This document shows positions 18,911 through 29,080 of a stretch of DNA of 64,000 nt, piece after piece (positions within the stretch are counted from its first letter, which is position 1; each line of letters starts with the position of its first letter). The stretch comes from an uncultured Chitinophagaceae bacterium (GTDB taxonomy: Bacteria > Bacteroidota > Ignavibacteria > UBA10030 > UBA8401). The DNA lies in NCBI GenBank assembly GCA_964384415.1, contig CAYLMV010000003.1, positions 6,840 through 70,839 of the forward strand, in the 5' to 3' direction. Position numbers and translations under genes: made by a program. Under the pieces are notes generated by a model, which was not told the DNA's origin, made no database searches, and saw only the letters and a list, made by a program, of their open reading frames with translations.

Positions 18911-21142
18911 TCATGCCTCTTGTTTGCGGCGAAGCATGGAAATGATGAGTCCAAGAAACAACAGTATCGCACCCGACCAGACCAAATTCATGAACGGCTT
19001 AATGCTCGCTTCAACCATCAGCACTTCTCTCGGAGACGATTGTGAGTTTGGGCGAAGCACCTCGAGAGTCACCGTCGACTGATCGGAGCCCATTTGAACA
19101 TTCATACTCACCAGTTGTATCTTCGCCCCAAGGAGCTTCGACTCCGCCGGTTGATACGTCGTCCCGCCTTGTTGATCGTACACTGCAACCGGAGTTACCG
19201 TTTCCTTCCCCTGCGATGATGAGAGCGCCAGCACGGATCCAACCTGTACTCCGCCTCCTCCCGTCATCGCCTCCATCCCGTGCTTCCCCATGTCGAATTC
19301 CACGAACTTCGTCTGCACTCCCTGTATGTCGACGGTCTCTCCCTTCTTAATCGACACTCGCTCGCCGGCTTCTCCATTCGATCCGCCCGATTGTTCGAGC
19401 GAAACCGGAGACAGGTAAAGATCCCGTGTGATGAACGATTTGATATCGGGATTCCGCATGAGTCCCTGCTCACCCATGTCGGACATCACCGGAGAGAGTC
19501 TGAACTTTGCGCCGTCCCTTTCTGCATCCACATCGAAGGCGAACTTTTTTCCCCCTACAGGCCTGTTGCCCGTGTAGGTAAGATTGTAGCCGAAAACTTG
19601 CTGCGGCGAATTGAGCGTGAGGGCAACCTGCTGTTTGTGGCCGTACTTTCCCGATGCAAGAACCCCGAGGAAAAAGAGAGCCAATCCAATGTGGGCAATT
19701 TTGCCCCCCATCCATCGCGGGTCTCCCTTCGCGGTGACATACGCCATTTCGATATTGACAAAGAGCGCGAACGATGACGCGAACCCAAACAGAAGCATCA
19801 TAATATCATTAGCGCCGAGCTTAAACATGACGGCGGCAACGACAAGAGAAGCGGCGATCCATTTCAGAGACCTGCGAAAAGCGTGCGAACCCTCCTCGTT
19901 TTCCCATCGGAGAAGAAGGCTGTAGCCGATCAAAAGAGAAATGGCCACGGCGATGGGGAGGTTCATTGTATCGTAGAACGAACCCTCGACATTGGTTTTC
20001 GAGAAAAGGGGGAGACTCGTCCCGAACAAAACCACGGCCGATGAAGCCAGCAATGCGAACGATCCGAGGCTCGCCACAAAACCGCGTGAACGATATTTAA
20101 GGGGAGCCGGGTTGAGCCGAAGCCCGCGCCATCGGCTAAAGAACACTCCGAACCCGACAATCGCGAAGACTCCGAGAAAGGCAAGCAACAGAGAATAGAC
20201 CGCAGCGCCGGGGTCTGAAAACGAGTGGACGGATGAATCGCCAAGAACACCGCTCCTGGTAAGGAATGTGCTGTAGACGACCAAGAGGAATGCAAGGATC
20301 GCGAGGACAAAGTTCGTTCGAACAAGATTTCCGGTTCGCTTCTGTATCAACATCGTGTGCACGAGCGCCATCAGGACAAGCCATGGCACCAGCGACGAGT
20401 TTTCCACCGGATCCCAACCCCAGTATCCGCCCCATCCGAGGACACCGTACGCCCAATAAGCCCCGAGCATGATACCGAGCCCGAGAATCATGCCAGCGAA
20501 GAGAACCCAGGGGAAGGCGCTGCTCAGCCACTCGGTAAAATCCTTGCGCCACAACGCCGCTACCGCAAAACTGAACGGCACTGCCGTAACCGCAAAGCCG
20601 ATGAAGAGTACCGGAGGGTGGATAACCATCCAGAAATTCTGGAGAAGAGGATTGAGGCCTTTGCCGTCAAGCGGAACTTGGCCTGCCTGCATCTGTCCGG
20701 GAAAAGAATCCCATACGGTCCTGAACGGCGATTTGAAAAGGAGAAGCAGGACAAGAAACGTCTGTATCGAAACAAAAACGGCGAGGACGTGCGCCTCGAG
20801 TTTTCTCGACTTGGTGTAGTTCAAAAGGAAGAAACTCATGATGGCGGAACAGAAAGACCAGAAGAGAAAGCTTCCCTCCTGTCCTGCGTAGAATGTCGAG
20901 ACGAGATAATAAAGGGGCAGCGAGCGGTCGCTGTAGCTCCACACATACGCGAAGGAAAAATCGTGCAGAAGAATGCTCGACATCAGCAGCGCGCATGCTG
21001 CGATAACGCTTCCCCCGCTGAGGTAGAGAGCGTTTCTTCCGAGCTTTAAACGATCATGAACGCCGGAAGCAGTCTGATAGTACGACCACACCGCTACAAG
21101 ACCGCTCGCCAACGCTACTATGAGAACTGCCGTACCCGCCAT
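18911..21142 (-). CDS. ccmF: Cytochrome c-type biogenesis protein CcmF (system I haem lyase)
   Basis: 743 aa and polytopic. It carries the WWD-type motif WGGYWGWDPVENSSL and the conserved His residues of CcmF/NrfE. Confidence 0.85.
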   Translation of the reverse strand: MAGTAVLIVALASGLVAVWSYYQTASGVHDRLKLGRNALYLSGGSVIAACALLMSSILLHDFSFAYVWSYSDRSLPLYYLVSTFYAGQEGSFLFWSFCSAIMSFFLLNYTKSRKLEAHVLAVFVSIQTFLVLLLLFKSPFRTVWDSFPGQMQAGQVPLDGKGLNPLLQNFWMVIHPPVLFIGFAVTAVPFSFAVAALWRKDFTEWLSSAFPWVLFAGMILGLGIMLGAYWAYGVLGWGGYWGWDPVENSSLVPWLVLMALVHTMLIQKRTGNLVRTNFVLAILAFLLVVYSTFLTRSGVLGDSSVHSFSDPGAAVYSLLLAFLGVFAIVGFGVFFSRWRGLRLNPAPLKYRSRGFVASLGSFALLASSAVVLFGTSLPLFSKTNVEGSFYDTMNLPIAVAISLLIGYSLLLRWENEEGSHAFRRSLKWIAASLVVAAVMFKLGANDIMMLLFGFASSFALFVNIEMAYVTAKGDPRWMGGKIAHIGLALFFLGVLASGKYGHKQQVALTLNSPQQVFGYNLTYTGNRPVGGKKFAFDVDAERDGAKFRLSPVMSDMGEQGLMRNPDIKSFITRDLYLSPVSLEQSGGSNGEAGERVSIKKGETVDIQGVQTKFVEFDMGKHGMEAMTGGGGVQVGSVLALSSSQGKETVTPVAVYDQQGGTTYQPAESKLLGAKIQLVSMNVQMGSDQSTVTLEVLRPNSQSSPREVLMVEASIKPFMNLVWSGAILLFLGLIISMLRRKQEA

Positions 21143-21163
21143 CGCTTTACTCCGACTAATACA

Positions 21164-22441
21164 CTAGAAACTTCTTTCAGTCCCACCCACGTCGATTTTT
21201 CCGTTAATATGTTTCGTCGCATCTATGATGTTGCCATTCGCGTCAACAATTCCCTGATGACAACCTCCCACGCCGCCGCATGAGCTCAGGGGCAGTGGTC
21301 CCAAATGGCCCTTCGGAGGAAGTCCATGACACGATCCGCATGCTGCTTCGCCCATCCCGCCGGTCCACATTGGAGAATAGTTGTTTCCAGTCATAACAGA
21401 GTCAACAAACATTACTTGATCTTGCGGTGATGCTCCCGCTTTTGTCACCTGCCAATTTCCGTGACAATACGTATTGCTGCACTGAGTCGCGCTGGCATTG
21501 TATGACGGATTCGGAACGAACGTGCCGGCAGCGGTGACCAGGTTCGCAAGAGTGTCGCCCATAATAACTGTCGCCGGTCCGCTGTTCAAATGGCCTGCGG
21601 CAAACACTTGGGCCGGAACGTTATGGCATTCCTGGCATTTCAATACTTTGCCGAACGTCGACCGCAAGTGTCCCTGGTGAGCGCCGACTCCTCTCAAGCT
21701 TGTGGACGAGTCGCCAGTGATACTCCTCGGAGGCGCCCAGGACGCGATGTCGTTCGCAGCTCCCGTGAAGTTACCATGACACGTGTTGCACGCTTCGGGA
21801 GATTTTTGATTTCCCTTCGCATCCACGTGGCAGCCCGAAGTCATGCAGCCGATGTTGCTTCCCGTCGGGATCCCATTGTAATTTGTGCCGTGGCATGTCT
21901 TGCATCCATCCATATTCCAATTACTCGCCATGATTTCAGCCCCGTGAAATGCCGCCGACGTCGGCTGAGTCCAACCGCTGGCGTGCGGATAAGCGTTATG
22001 GCATGTGTAGCAACTTACGCCGCTCGTGCCTCCCTGGAAATTCTGAGCATGGCAGGTCTGGCATGACTGCAGGTTGAAGCCGACTGTCTTTAACGCAACA
22101 CCATGGAAATTTGCCGCCGTCGTATCGAGCCACCCTGTCTGGTGAGGATACTGCGTATGACACTTGAAACAGCTGACACCGCTCGTTCCCCCCTGATACG
22201 TCGGTGCGTGACATTGCTGGCAATTCTTTGCGTTGAAGCTCACGCTCTTTAAATACGCGCCATGGAAATCTGTGGAGAGGCTGTCATCCCAACCTGTGCC
22301 ATGCACGGAAAGCGCCGGACCGGTGGGTGTCAAACCGTCCTTGTTCTTTAAATCACTGCACCCTGTGACCGCCAAGGCGAGCAGAAGAATGGAAGCTCCG
22401 AAGTACAAATGTGTTTTCATAGTTCGCTCATTTCTTTCCAT
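21164..22441 (-). CDS. Multihaem cytochrome c lipoprotein with three internal repeats
   Basis: Lipobox LLALAVTGCSD. At least 8 CxxCH motifs plus atypical CMTSGCH, CSNTYCH and CGGVGGCH. A ~45-aa unit (FHGAxLK...NCQQCHA...GGTSGVSCFKCH) repeats three times. An alternative start lies at 22420. Confidence 0.8.
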   Translation of the reverse strand: MERNERTMKTHLYFGASILLLALAVTGCSDLKNKDGLTPTGPALSVHGTGWDDSLSTDFHGAYLKSVSFNAKNCQQCHAPTYQGGTSGVSCFKCHTQYPHQTGWLDTTAANFHGVALKTVGFNLQSCQTCHAQNFQGGTSGVSCYTCHNAYPHASGWTQPTSAAFHGAEIMASNWNMDGCKTCHGTNYNGIPTGSNIGCMTSGCHVDAKGNQKSPEACNTCHGNFTGAANDIASWAPPRSITGDSSTSLRGVGAHQGHLRSTFGKVLKCQECHNVPAQVFAAGHLNSGPATVIMGDTLANLVTAAGTFVPNPSYNASATQCSNTYCHGNWQVTKAGASPQDQVMFVDSVMTGNNYSPMWTGGMGEAACGSCHGLPPKGHLGPLPLSSCGGVGGCHQGIVDANGNIIDATKHINGKIDVGGTERSF

Positions 22442-23645
22442 GACAGTACCCGCAGAAACCTATGCCCGCAACTCCCCCCATGGTATGAGGCTTCGCATTG
22501 GGGTCGGTATGGCACGCAAAGCATGTTGCCCCGGGATCGGTCATCCAGTTGCCGTCGACATTGGCCATGAACCCGCTTGGATGCGTCCTGGGGTTAGTAC
22601 CTTTCACGCCGTCCGGATCTACGTGGCACTTCATGCACGTCGGATCGGCTCCTTCAACATCATGACAAGATTGACAACTCTCAATTTCTCTTCGTGCGAG
22701 GCGGGCATGCTCGCCGCCGCCAGACCCGACACCGATGGTCACAAATCCGGCCGCTTCGTGTGATGTAGGAATTACTCCGCCCAGGGCCGCACTGCCGTTC
22801 TGGTGGCAGTCGTTGCAGAACGCCTGTTCGTGATGGCACACCTGGCAATCGGCAGCGTGTCCCCGCGCTTCGATGCCATGGGTGAAGCGGAAATTCATGT
22901 CGTGCACTGCCTGTCCCTTGAGCGCCTGCGACTTGTCGTTCCCCATTGTGCGCGGGGAGATCATTCCGATCATCTCTTTGCTCGACAGCGCCGTGAGATT
23001 CGATCCGTCGTGGCACTGCGCGCAATAGTTCTCACTGTGGCACATCGAACACTGAGAATCCATGGCGTTCAACCTAGCAAGCGTCGAATGCCCCTTTAGC
23101 CAGTTGCCCTGGTTATGAGAGGCCGGCCGTAACGTCGCAAGGTTGGTATGGCAGGTCTCGCATTGATTGGATTCCTTCGTGTTGTTGTGGCACGTATTGC
23201 AGGTGGCCATTGCCGGCATATTGGCGGCCGTCGCATAGTCAACTTTATCGACACCGGCATGGCACGTCGCGCATTCCATCTTCCCGTCCGTCACGTGTTT
23301 CTTATGATTGAACCGAACCTCGCGGGCTTCGCGCGGGAACGGCACGGGATTCTTTTCGTCGGAATGGCAATAGCCGCACGTCTTGGCCACTTGCTCCTCG
23401 TGGCAAGTCTGGCAGACGGCATGTCCCGGAATCATCTTGTCGGAAGACGATTCGCTCGTCGCCGACTCTGCATGACACGTAGCGCACTCCACGCCCAACT
23501 CGGCAACATGCTTTTGGTGAGAAAACTTTATCACTTTATCCTGATCGACCGATTTCTGAGTGCCATCTGCCGACCAGCTCCCGCCCAGGGCAACGATGAA
23601 CGTCGCCGCAAGAAACAATCCAAACGTAAGAATTTTGATTCTCAT
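22428..23645 (-). CDS. Periplasmic multihaem cytochrome c (14 CxxCH)
   Basis: Signal peptide followed by 14 CxxCH motifs counted in the 405-aa translation. Confidence 0.85.
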   Translation of the reverse strand: MRIKILTFGLFLAATFIVALGGSWSADGTQKSVDQDKVIKFSHQKHVAELGVECATCHAESATSESSSDKMIPGHAVCQTCHEEQVAKTCGYCHSDEKNPVPFPREAREVRFNHKKHVTDGKMECATCHAGVDKVDYATAANMPAMATCNTCHNNTKESNQCETCHTNLATLRPASHNQGNWLKGHSTLARLNAMDSQCSMCHSENYCAQCHDGSNLTALSSKEMIGMISPRTMGNDKSQALKGQAVHDMNFRFTHGIEARGHAADCQVCHHEQAFCNDCHQNGSAALGGVIPTSHEAAGFVTIGVGSGGGEHARLARREIESCQSCHDVEGADPTCMKCHVDPDGVKGTNPRTHPSGFMANVDGNWMTDPGATCFACHTDPNAKPHTMGGVAGIGFCGYCHGKK

Positions 23646-23654
23646 AGAGTTTCC

Positions 23655-24938
23655 TTAAAACCAGCTGAGATGATCACTGAACCAGTAGTTTACTTTTGCG
23701 AAGACCCGCACGTCGTTTGAGTAGAGCGGATTGTGCATCCATTGCAGCTGCAAATCGGTCGACAAGAGCGGAGACGGACGGTATGTCGCTCCGATACTGC
23801 CGTTGATAACCGTATTCTTCGGAGCGTTGTCGGACAACTGGTAGCTTGCGTACCCGAACCCGAGGTTTGGTACTATTTGCCGGTTCATCATTGGATACAC
23901 TGCTTGCACGGAAACACCGTTGAGATCCCCGGCATATCCGAAATTCTTTGTGTACGAGATGTTGACAATATCGTATGTGCCGCCGACCGTCAACCGCTGA
24001 CTGTTGTCGTCGGTGTACTGAACATCCGCAAAACGCGCGAAAGTGCGGAAGAGCGGAGAGAATTCATATTCAAGTCCTCCTTCAACCTCCTGCGTACTGC
24101 TCGTGTTGAAGACCGAGAAGATCGAGTTATAGGCAACGCGCGGCTCGCGGAAAAGATAGTCGACCGTGGCGGTCAGCGAAGTCATGATGCCGGCTCGGGC
24201 TTCCGCTTGCGCGCGGGAGATTCGTTCGAAGTTGAAATCGTAATCGGACCTCCCGTAGAGATCGATTTTATTAAGGAGACTGTAGCGGGCGTCGAAGCTT
24301 GCGTATTCTTCTTCGTCGGGAGAATAGGCGATGACCACCACATAGGGATTGAACAGCGAGTCGGCGCGGACCGCCGTGAACGGCTCCGGTTTCCGCGTCC
24401 GGTTCATGAAGCTGAGTCCGACGACAGCATTCTCCGCAGGCTCGTAGGTCAGTTGTCCGCCGTAGAGAGAGTTGTCCGCAAAATCTCTTTTCAAGATGAT
24501 ATCCCGAGACTGGATGACATTGTATCCGCCGTATGCGGTCAGCCCCAGCCGTTTGTCGAAGAGCATCACCTTTGCCACACCGCCATCCATCAATCCATTG
24601 CCCACCCCCGCAAAAACGTATTGGCGGCCCACGGTAACATCCGCAACGTCGGCGATCCCTCGCGCTCCGACGGTCAATGATGAGAGACGCAGCTCCGGAT
24701 CCGTGCCGATGGTGGTACCGAAATCTTTGGAGTACTGGAAATTTGTGTTGAAGGCAAAATGCGGCTGAGCAACATTGAACTGGACGTTTTCAAAACCTCG
24801 CATGTAATTCTGGTTGTCCAGGTCGGCGCTTCGCCCCTGCCATCCATAGAACGACGTCGTGAATCGCCCCGACATGAACTGCGCCGAGGCCGTCGCTGCC
24901 ATGAGAAGAATACAGAAGAGTAGTATTGTATATTTCAT
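23655..24938 (-). CDS. Outer-membrane beta-barrel protein (porin-like)
   Basis: Signal peptide MKYTILLFCILLMAATASAQ, alternating amphipathic beta-strands rich in Y/G/N, and a C-terminal aromatic residue (...HLSWF). Confidence 0.65.
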   Translation of the reverse strand: MKYTILLFCILLMAATASAQFMSGRFTTSFYGWQGRSADLDNQNYMRGFENVQFNVAQPHFAFNTNFQYSKDFGTTIGTDPELRLSSLTVGARGIADVADVTVGRQYVFAGVGNGLMDGGVAKVMLFDKRLGLTAYGGYNVIQSRDIILKRDFADNSLYGGQLTYEPAENAVVGLSFMNRTRKPEPFTAVRADSLFNPYVVVIAYSPDEEEYASFDARYSLLNKIDLYGRSDYDFNFERISRAQAEARAGIMTSLTATVDYLFREPRVAYNSIFSVFNTSSTQEVEGGLEYEFSPLFRTFARFADVQYTDDNSQRLTVGGTYDIVNISYTKNFGYAGDLNGVSVQAVYPMMNRQIVPNLGFGYASYQLSDNAPKNTVINGSIGATYRPSPLLSTDLQLQWMHNPLYSNDVRVFAKVNYWFSDHLSWF

Positions 24939-25078
24939 AGCGACAATTTCCTTTGCTCGTGTGAGAACAATAAAGACAAGGATTGTGCCATTTGTCCCCG
25001 AAACATTTCTAAACGTTTTGCATGGTTTCTTTCAAGCATATGAAACTTCCTTCCAAGTATCAAGAACAATACTACCCC

Positions 25079-25096
25079 ATTCCATAAAATAGGAAT
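25079..25096. promoter_or_regulatory. Palindromic motif ATTCC-ataaaata-GGAAT upstream of the porin/cytochrome operon
   Basis: Read directly, ~140 bp upstream of the porin start. A near-identical TTCC-N9-GGAAT element lies at 33038-33056. Confidence 0.35.
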
Positions 25097-25230
25097 CCCG
25101 CCTCATCAGGATGATGAAGCGGGATTGGTTGCGGTCTGGAGGCTTTGCCGAGCCTCGTGGGATAGACGCCAGCATGTAGGGTGCCGGCGGGGGAAGTATC
25201 GCTCCCGTGAGGAAGCGAATACTGTCGTTG

Positions 25231-25767
25231 TTACTTAGCTGCGATGGGATGCTTGATCTTGTCCCACGCTTCTTTGTACTTAAATTCCTTGTATGTTGGA
25301 CTCTTGCTGTTGTGACATTTAACACAAAGCTTCGGATCGTCTGCCGCCAGAACCAGGCCTGCGGCTTCCGCCTTTGCCTTGTCTTTCATGACCGGGATCG
25401 ACTTATAATCGGACCCGGGACCATGGCATGTTTCGCACTGGACACCATCTTCCTGCTTCAATGCACCGCTGATCGCTTTATCAGCACCGTATCCTGTCAC
25501 ATGGCACTCGAGACATTCGGGAGATTCCGCAGCCTTCGTCTTGAGTCCCTTTCCCTTCGCTATCTCATCTGCCTTCGGAGTCTGAAGCGTCTTGAATGCA
25601 CTTGCGTGTGCCGAACCTTTCCAGATATCGAATTGCTTTCCTGCTTTTTCGGTCTTATGGCAGACCGAACACATCGTCACTCCAACATACTTGTGCTGCG
25701 CCATCGTGGGTAACGCGACGCATAGCACGAGCGTCAGAACAATTGCACTCTCCACTAGTCGTTTCAT
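25231..25767 (-). CDS. Periplasmic tetrahaem cytochrome c
   Basis: 178 aa with a signal peptide and 4 CxxCH motifs (CSVCH, CLECH, CETCH, CVKCH). Confidence 0.8.
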   Translation of the reverse strand: MKRLVESAIVLTLVLCVALPTMAQHKYVGVTMCSVCHKTEKAGKQFDIWKGSAHASAFKTLQTPKADEIAKGKGLKTKAAESPECLECHVTGYGADKAISGALKQEDGVQCETCHGPGSDYKSIPVMKDKAKAEAAGLVLAADDPKLCVKCHNSKSPTYKEFKYKEAWDKIKHPIAAK

Positions 25768-26046
25768 CTTCTGTTCAATTCCTTTCGTCTCTGCAATCTG
25801 ATACTGTGTTCAAATTCTCGACACTTTGACCATCAAATAATGTGCCGAGCCGGTTTGGTAGAATACCTCTATTTTTCGTCGATTTTCAGCAAATGCAATC
25901 TCAAATCCAAGAAGAGGAATCAGGGTGGTTTTGCAAGGATGGGAACAAATTGTTGTGGTAGCATCTCTGGAGACTTCCCTTCTCAATTCAACAGGCATTA
26001 TGCCTCATGGTACCCGGTTGGCCCTTCAATGGCAGCGATGTTGCAC

Positions 26047-27525
26047 TTACTTGTTCGCATGCTGTTTTCTCTCTATCCGTCTGATCAGCAGATACAGTGA
26101 CGTTGCTAAAATGGTTATGATGATCGTCGCAACGCCTAAACCAATTCGTCTGAAGTAATACTCGTCTATGGCTGATTGACCTTCGCCTGAGACGAGCACG
26201 GCAACGGCGAGCCCCTTATGCACAACGTCGCCGAATTTCTGTTCGTTGAAAGAGTGGACCATGGTCCGCGATTGCAGCCGAGCCTGCCTCACATCACGAA
26301 GCTTGAACTTCGCCTCCGAAATTTCCATCCCCTTCTGTTCGGCTTCGTCGACAAGGTTTCGTCCTTTTAGCTCCGCATCCTTAAGGCTGTCGGCGAGCTG
26401 CCGCATGGCAAGAGCGACTTTGTAACCGAGCGAATTATCGTCCCCTTTGTGGCACTTACCACACAATGCGCCTGGAGCAACTCCGAGGAGGCTATCAGTC
26501 GCAGCGAGGATTTCATGGTTGCCGTGGCATGTTTCGCACTCAGGCAGCTTACGATCGTCGAACGCTTTCTTGTGCGGACTCGATGAGAACAGGTCCGCGT
26601 TCAATGCATGGCAGGTCCCGCATACTTTGGAAACCGACTCAACTCCCGGAGGCGCGGCTCCGTGATTTCCGTGGCAGCTGTTGCATGCGGGAGCGGAGAC
26701 ATCATTTTTCTGAAGAAGTGCAATGCCGTGTACGCTGCGGGCAAATTTGACATACTGGTCGGATGGAATTCCGTATTTCTTCATCAAATCGGAATCACTG
26801 TGGCAATGGGCGCACGTCGACGGGATGTTGGTAGGATATACTTTTGACTTCAAGTCGGCCGCCGAGCGTATATCATGACTGCCGTGGCAGCTTGCGCATT
26901 CTGCGGTATGCGCGTCACCCTTGGCATTCCGCATTCCGTGAACACTCGTCTTGTACTTATCCAGCTGGTCGACTGCAATCGAAGGGTTATAGGTCCTCAT
27001 GTATGTTGCGTTCGCATGACATTTCGTGCATGTCTTGACCACGTTGAGCGGATAGACCGGAGAGGCAGCATCTTTCACGTGAACAATCCCGTGCGCCGAG
27101 TGACAGGTGATACACTGGACAATGTGTTCTCTCCCGTTCGTTGCGAGCTTGCCGTGAACGCTCGTCTGAAGGTCTTCCCACTGGTTCGTCGGGAGCTGCG
27201 AACCGTACCGCCTCATCGCTTCCCCATCCGCATGACAGCTTGCGCACATCTTCGAAATTTCATCGCCCTTGGGAACGCCGATGAATCCTTCCTTCTTGCT
27301 CATGGCGACTTCGGCATCATCGGATTTGGAATTCCCTCCGTGACAATCTGCACACGACAATCCCTTCGCTGCATGCACATCGTGCTTGAACATTTTCGAC
27401 GGAGCATCTTCCATCGCCTCATGGCATGTCACGCACTGGTCTCCGGCGAATAGCCTCGGCTGCGATGCAATGATGATCGCCGAGATCGGAATGAGCAGAG
27501 AAAGTTGAAGTCTCATGAGGCCCAT
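26047..27525 (-). CDS. Multihaem cytochrome c (11 CxxCH) with C-terminal TM anchor; subunit of the Rieske/cyt b complex
   Basis: 11 CxxCH motifs, an N-terminal signal peptide and a C-terminal hydrophobic helix ([18 protein letters not shown]). Its start overlaps the cyt b stop. Confidence 0.8.
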   Translation of the reverse strand: MGLMRLQLSLLIPISAIIIASQPRLFAGDQCVTCHEAMEDAPSKMFKHDVHAAKGLSCADCHGGNSKSDDAEVAMSKKEGFIGVPKGDEISKMCASCHADGEAMRRYGSQLPTNQWEDLQTSVHGKLATNGREHIVQCITCHSAHGIVHVKDAASPVYPLNVVKTCTKCHANATYMRTYNPSIAVDQLDKYKTSVHGMRNAKGDAHTAECASCHGSHDIRSAADLKSKVYPTNIPSTCAHCHSDSDLMKKYGIPSDQYVKFARSVHGIALLQKNDVSAPACNSCHGNHGAAPPGVESVSKVCGTCHALNADLFSSSPHKKAFDDRKLPECETCHGNHEILAATDSLLGVAPGALCGKCHKGDDNSLGYKVALAMRQLADSLKDAELKGRNLVDEAEQKGMEISEAKFKLRDVRQARLQSRTMVHSFNEQKFGDVVHKGLAVAVLVSGEGQSAIDEYYFRRIGLGVATIIITILATSLYLLIRRIERKQHANK

Positions 27526-28592
27526 CCGATGATGGTGAGAAGAATAATGTAGAAGACGACAAACATTCCGATGTACGTTATGAAGCGGTTCTTCTCGCCC
27601 CGCGCGCTCTTCCTGTCCCAGAACGGAACGAGCATCCAGAGGAAGCCTGCAAGTCCGAAGAGCAGGATTCCGAACACTTCGCCGTCGATGAACCCCAATT
27701 TAGCGGGGATCATTTTGAGGGATTGAAACATAAAGAGGAAGTACCACTCCGGTCGTATGCCGGCAGGAGCCGCTGCAAACGCATCAGCTTTCTTCCCCAA
27801 TTCCCAGGGGAAAAATACTGCAAGGATGGCGAGAAGATTCAGAACGATGAGCCACAGAAGCAGATCACGGAGTACGAAATTCGGAAAGAAGGGCATCGTC
27901 TTCGGCGGTACGCCAGTCTGGGTTTCGGACGATTGCGGTTCGCTCATCCCCTGTCGTTGGATGAGCAACAAATGGATTCCGAGAAGGACGGTGAAAATCC
28001 CCGGAAAGACTGCTACGTGAAATCCGAAGAACCGCGAGAGGGTTGCGCCGGTAACTTCTTCGCCGCCGCGAAGGAACATCATGATCGGTTTTCCGACCAC
28101 AGGAACAACTCCGGCGATGTCGGTGCCGACCTTCGTCGCAAAATATGCCAGCTCGTTCCACGGCAAAAGATAGCCGCTGAACCCAAATCCGAGCATCAGG
28201 AAAAACATCAGCATCCCGGTAAGCCAAGTGAGCTCGCGCGGTTTCCGGTACGACTTCTCGAAAAAAACGCTGAACATGTGAATCATCGCCGTCAGGATAA
28301 AGAGGTTGGCCGTCCAGCTGTGGATGGACCGGATCAGCCATCCAAACTGCACTTTCGACATGATGAACTGGATGCTTTCAAACGCAAACTCCTCGCTTCC
28401 TTTGTAATACATCAGCAGCATTATTCCCGTAACAACCTGGATGATGAAAAGGAAGAGCGAAACGCCGCCAAAATAATACCAAATAGAGTGGCGGTGTACC
28501 GGCACGTATTTCTTTCCCATAAACTTAACGAGGTCGTCCAGCATGACCCGTTCATTGATCCAATCGTAGAGAGCCGTTAATCTTTTCTTCAT
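27513..28592 (-). CDS. Cytochrome b (bc/b6-type, fused cyt b + subunit IV)
   Basis: 359 aa and polytopic with cyt b signatures ([25 protein letters not shown]). A 4-bp overlap with the Rieske gene stop indicates translational coupling. Confidence 0.85.
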   Translation of the reverse strand: MKKRLTALYDWINERVMLDDLVKFMGKKYVPVHRHSIWYYFGGVSLFLFIIQVVTGIMLLMYYKGSEEFAFESIQFIMSKVQFGWLIRSIHSWTANLFILTAMIHMFSVFFEKSYRKPRELTWLTGMLMFFLMLGFGFSGYLLPWNELAYFATKVGTDIAGVVPVVGKPIMMFLRGGEEVTGATLSRFFGFHVAVFPGIFTVLLGIHLLLIQRQGMSEPQSSETQTGVPPKTMPFFPNFVLRDLLLWLIVLNLLAILAVFFPWELGKKADAFAAAPAGIRPEWYFLFMFQSLKMIPAKLGFIDGEVFGILLFGLAGFLWMLVPFWDRKSARGEKNRFITYIGMFVVFYIILLTIIGWAS

Positions 28593-29044
28593 GATTTTTT
28601 CGATATAAAGACATCTCCCCCTTGAACGTTGACTTTGTACTCTTCAAGCGGCCGGGGAGGCGGACCGGAAACGTTCCTGCCGTTGAAATCGTACTTCCCG
28701 TTGTGACAGGCGCACCAGATCAGCCCGTAGTCTTTGCGGTATTGTACCGTACAATCGAGGTGTGTGCATGTTGCCGAGAATGCTCTCAGCTCATCCTTCG
28801 CGGTGCGCAGAAGAATCACCGGTTTCGTTCCAAACTTGATGATCGTTCCGCTGTCCTTGGGGATGTCGGTCAGCTTGCCGGCCTTCACGCTGGAAACTTC
28901 GGCTTCTGCCTGGGTCGGCGGCTTCAGGTATGCGAGAACGGGATAAAGGATGGCGCCAATCCAGGCCAGGAGACTTCCGCCGAGGACGAACTTCAGGAAA
29001 TCTCTCTTATTCTGTTTCAGGTCAACAGGAGGATGTTCGGTCAT
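28589..29044 (-). CDS. Rieske [2Fe-2S] iron-sulfur protein
   Basis: CTHLDC...CACHNG Rieske boxes and an N-terminal TM/Tat-like anchor. Confidence 0.85.
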   Translation of the reverse strand: MTEHPPVDLKQNKRDFLKFVLGGSLLAWIGAILYPVLAYLKPPTQAEAEVSSVKAGKLTDIPKDSGTIIKFGTKPVILLRTAKDELRAFSATCTHLDCTVQYRKDYGLIWCACHNGKYDFNGRNVSGPPPRPLEEYKVNVQGGDVFISKKS

Positions 29045-29080
29045 GTCCCAGCCGCAATAATGATGGGAGTTCGTGAAGGA

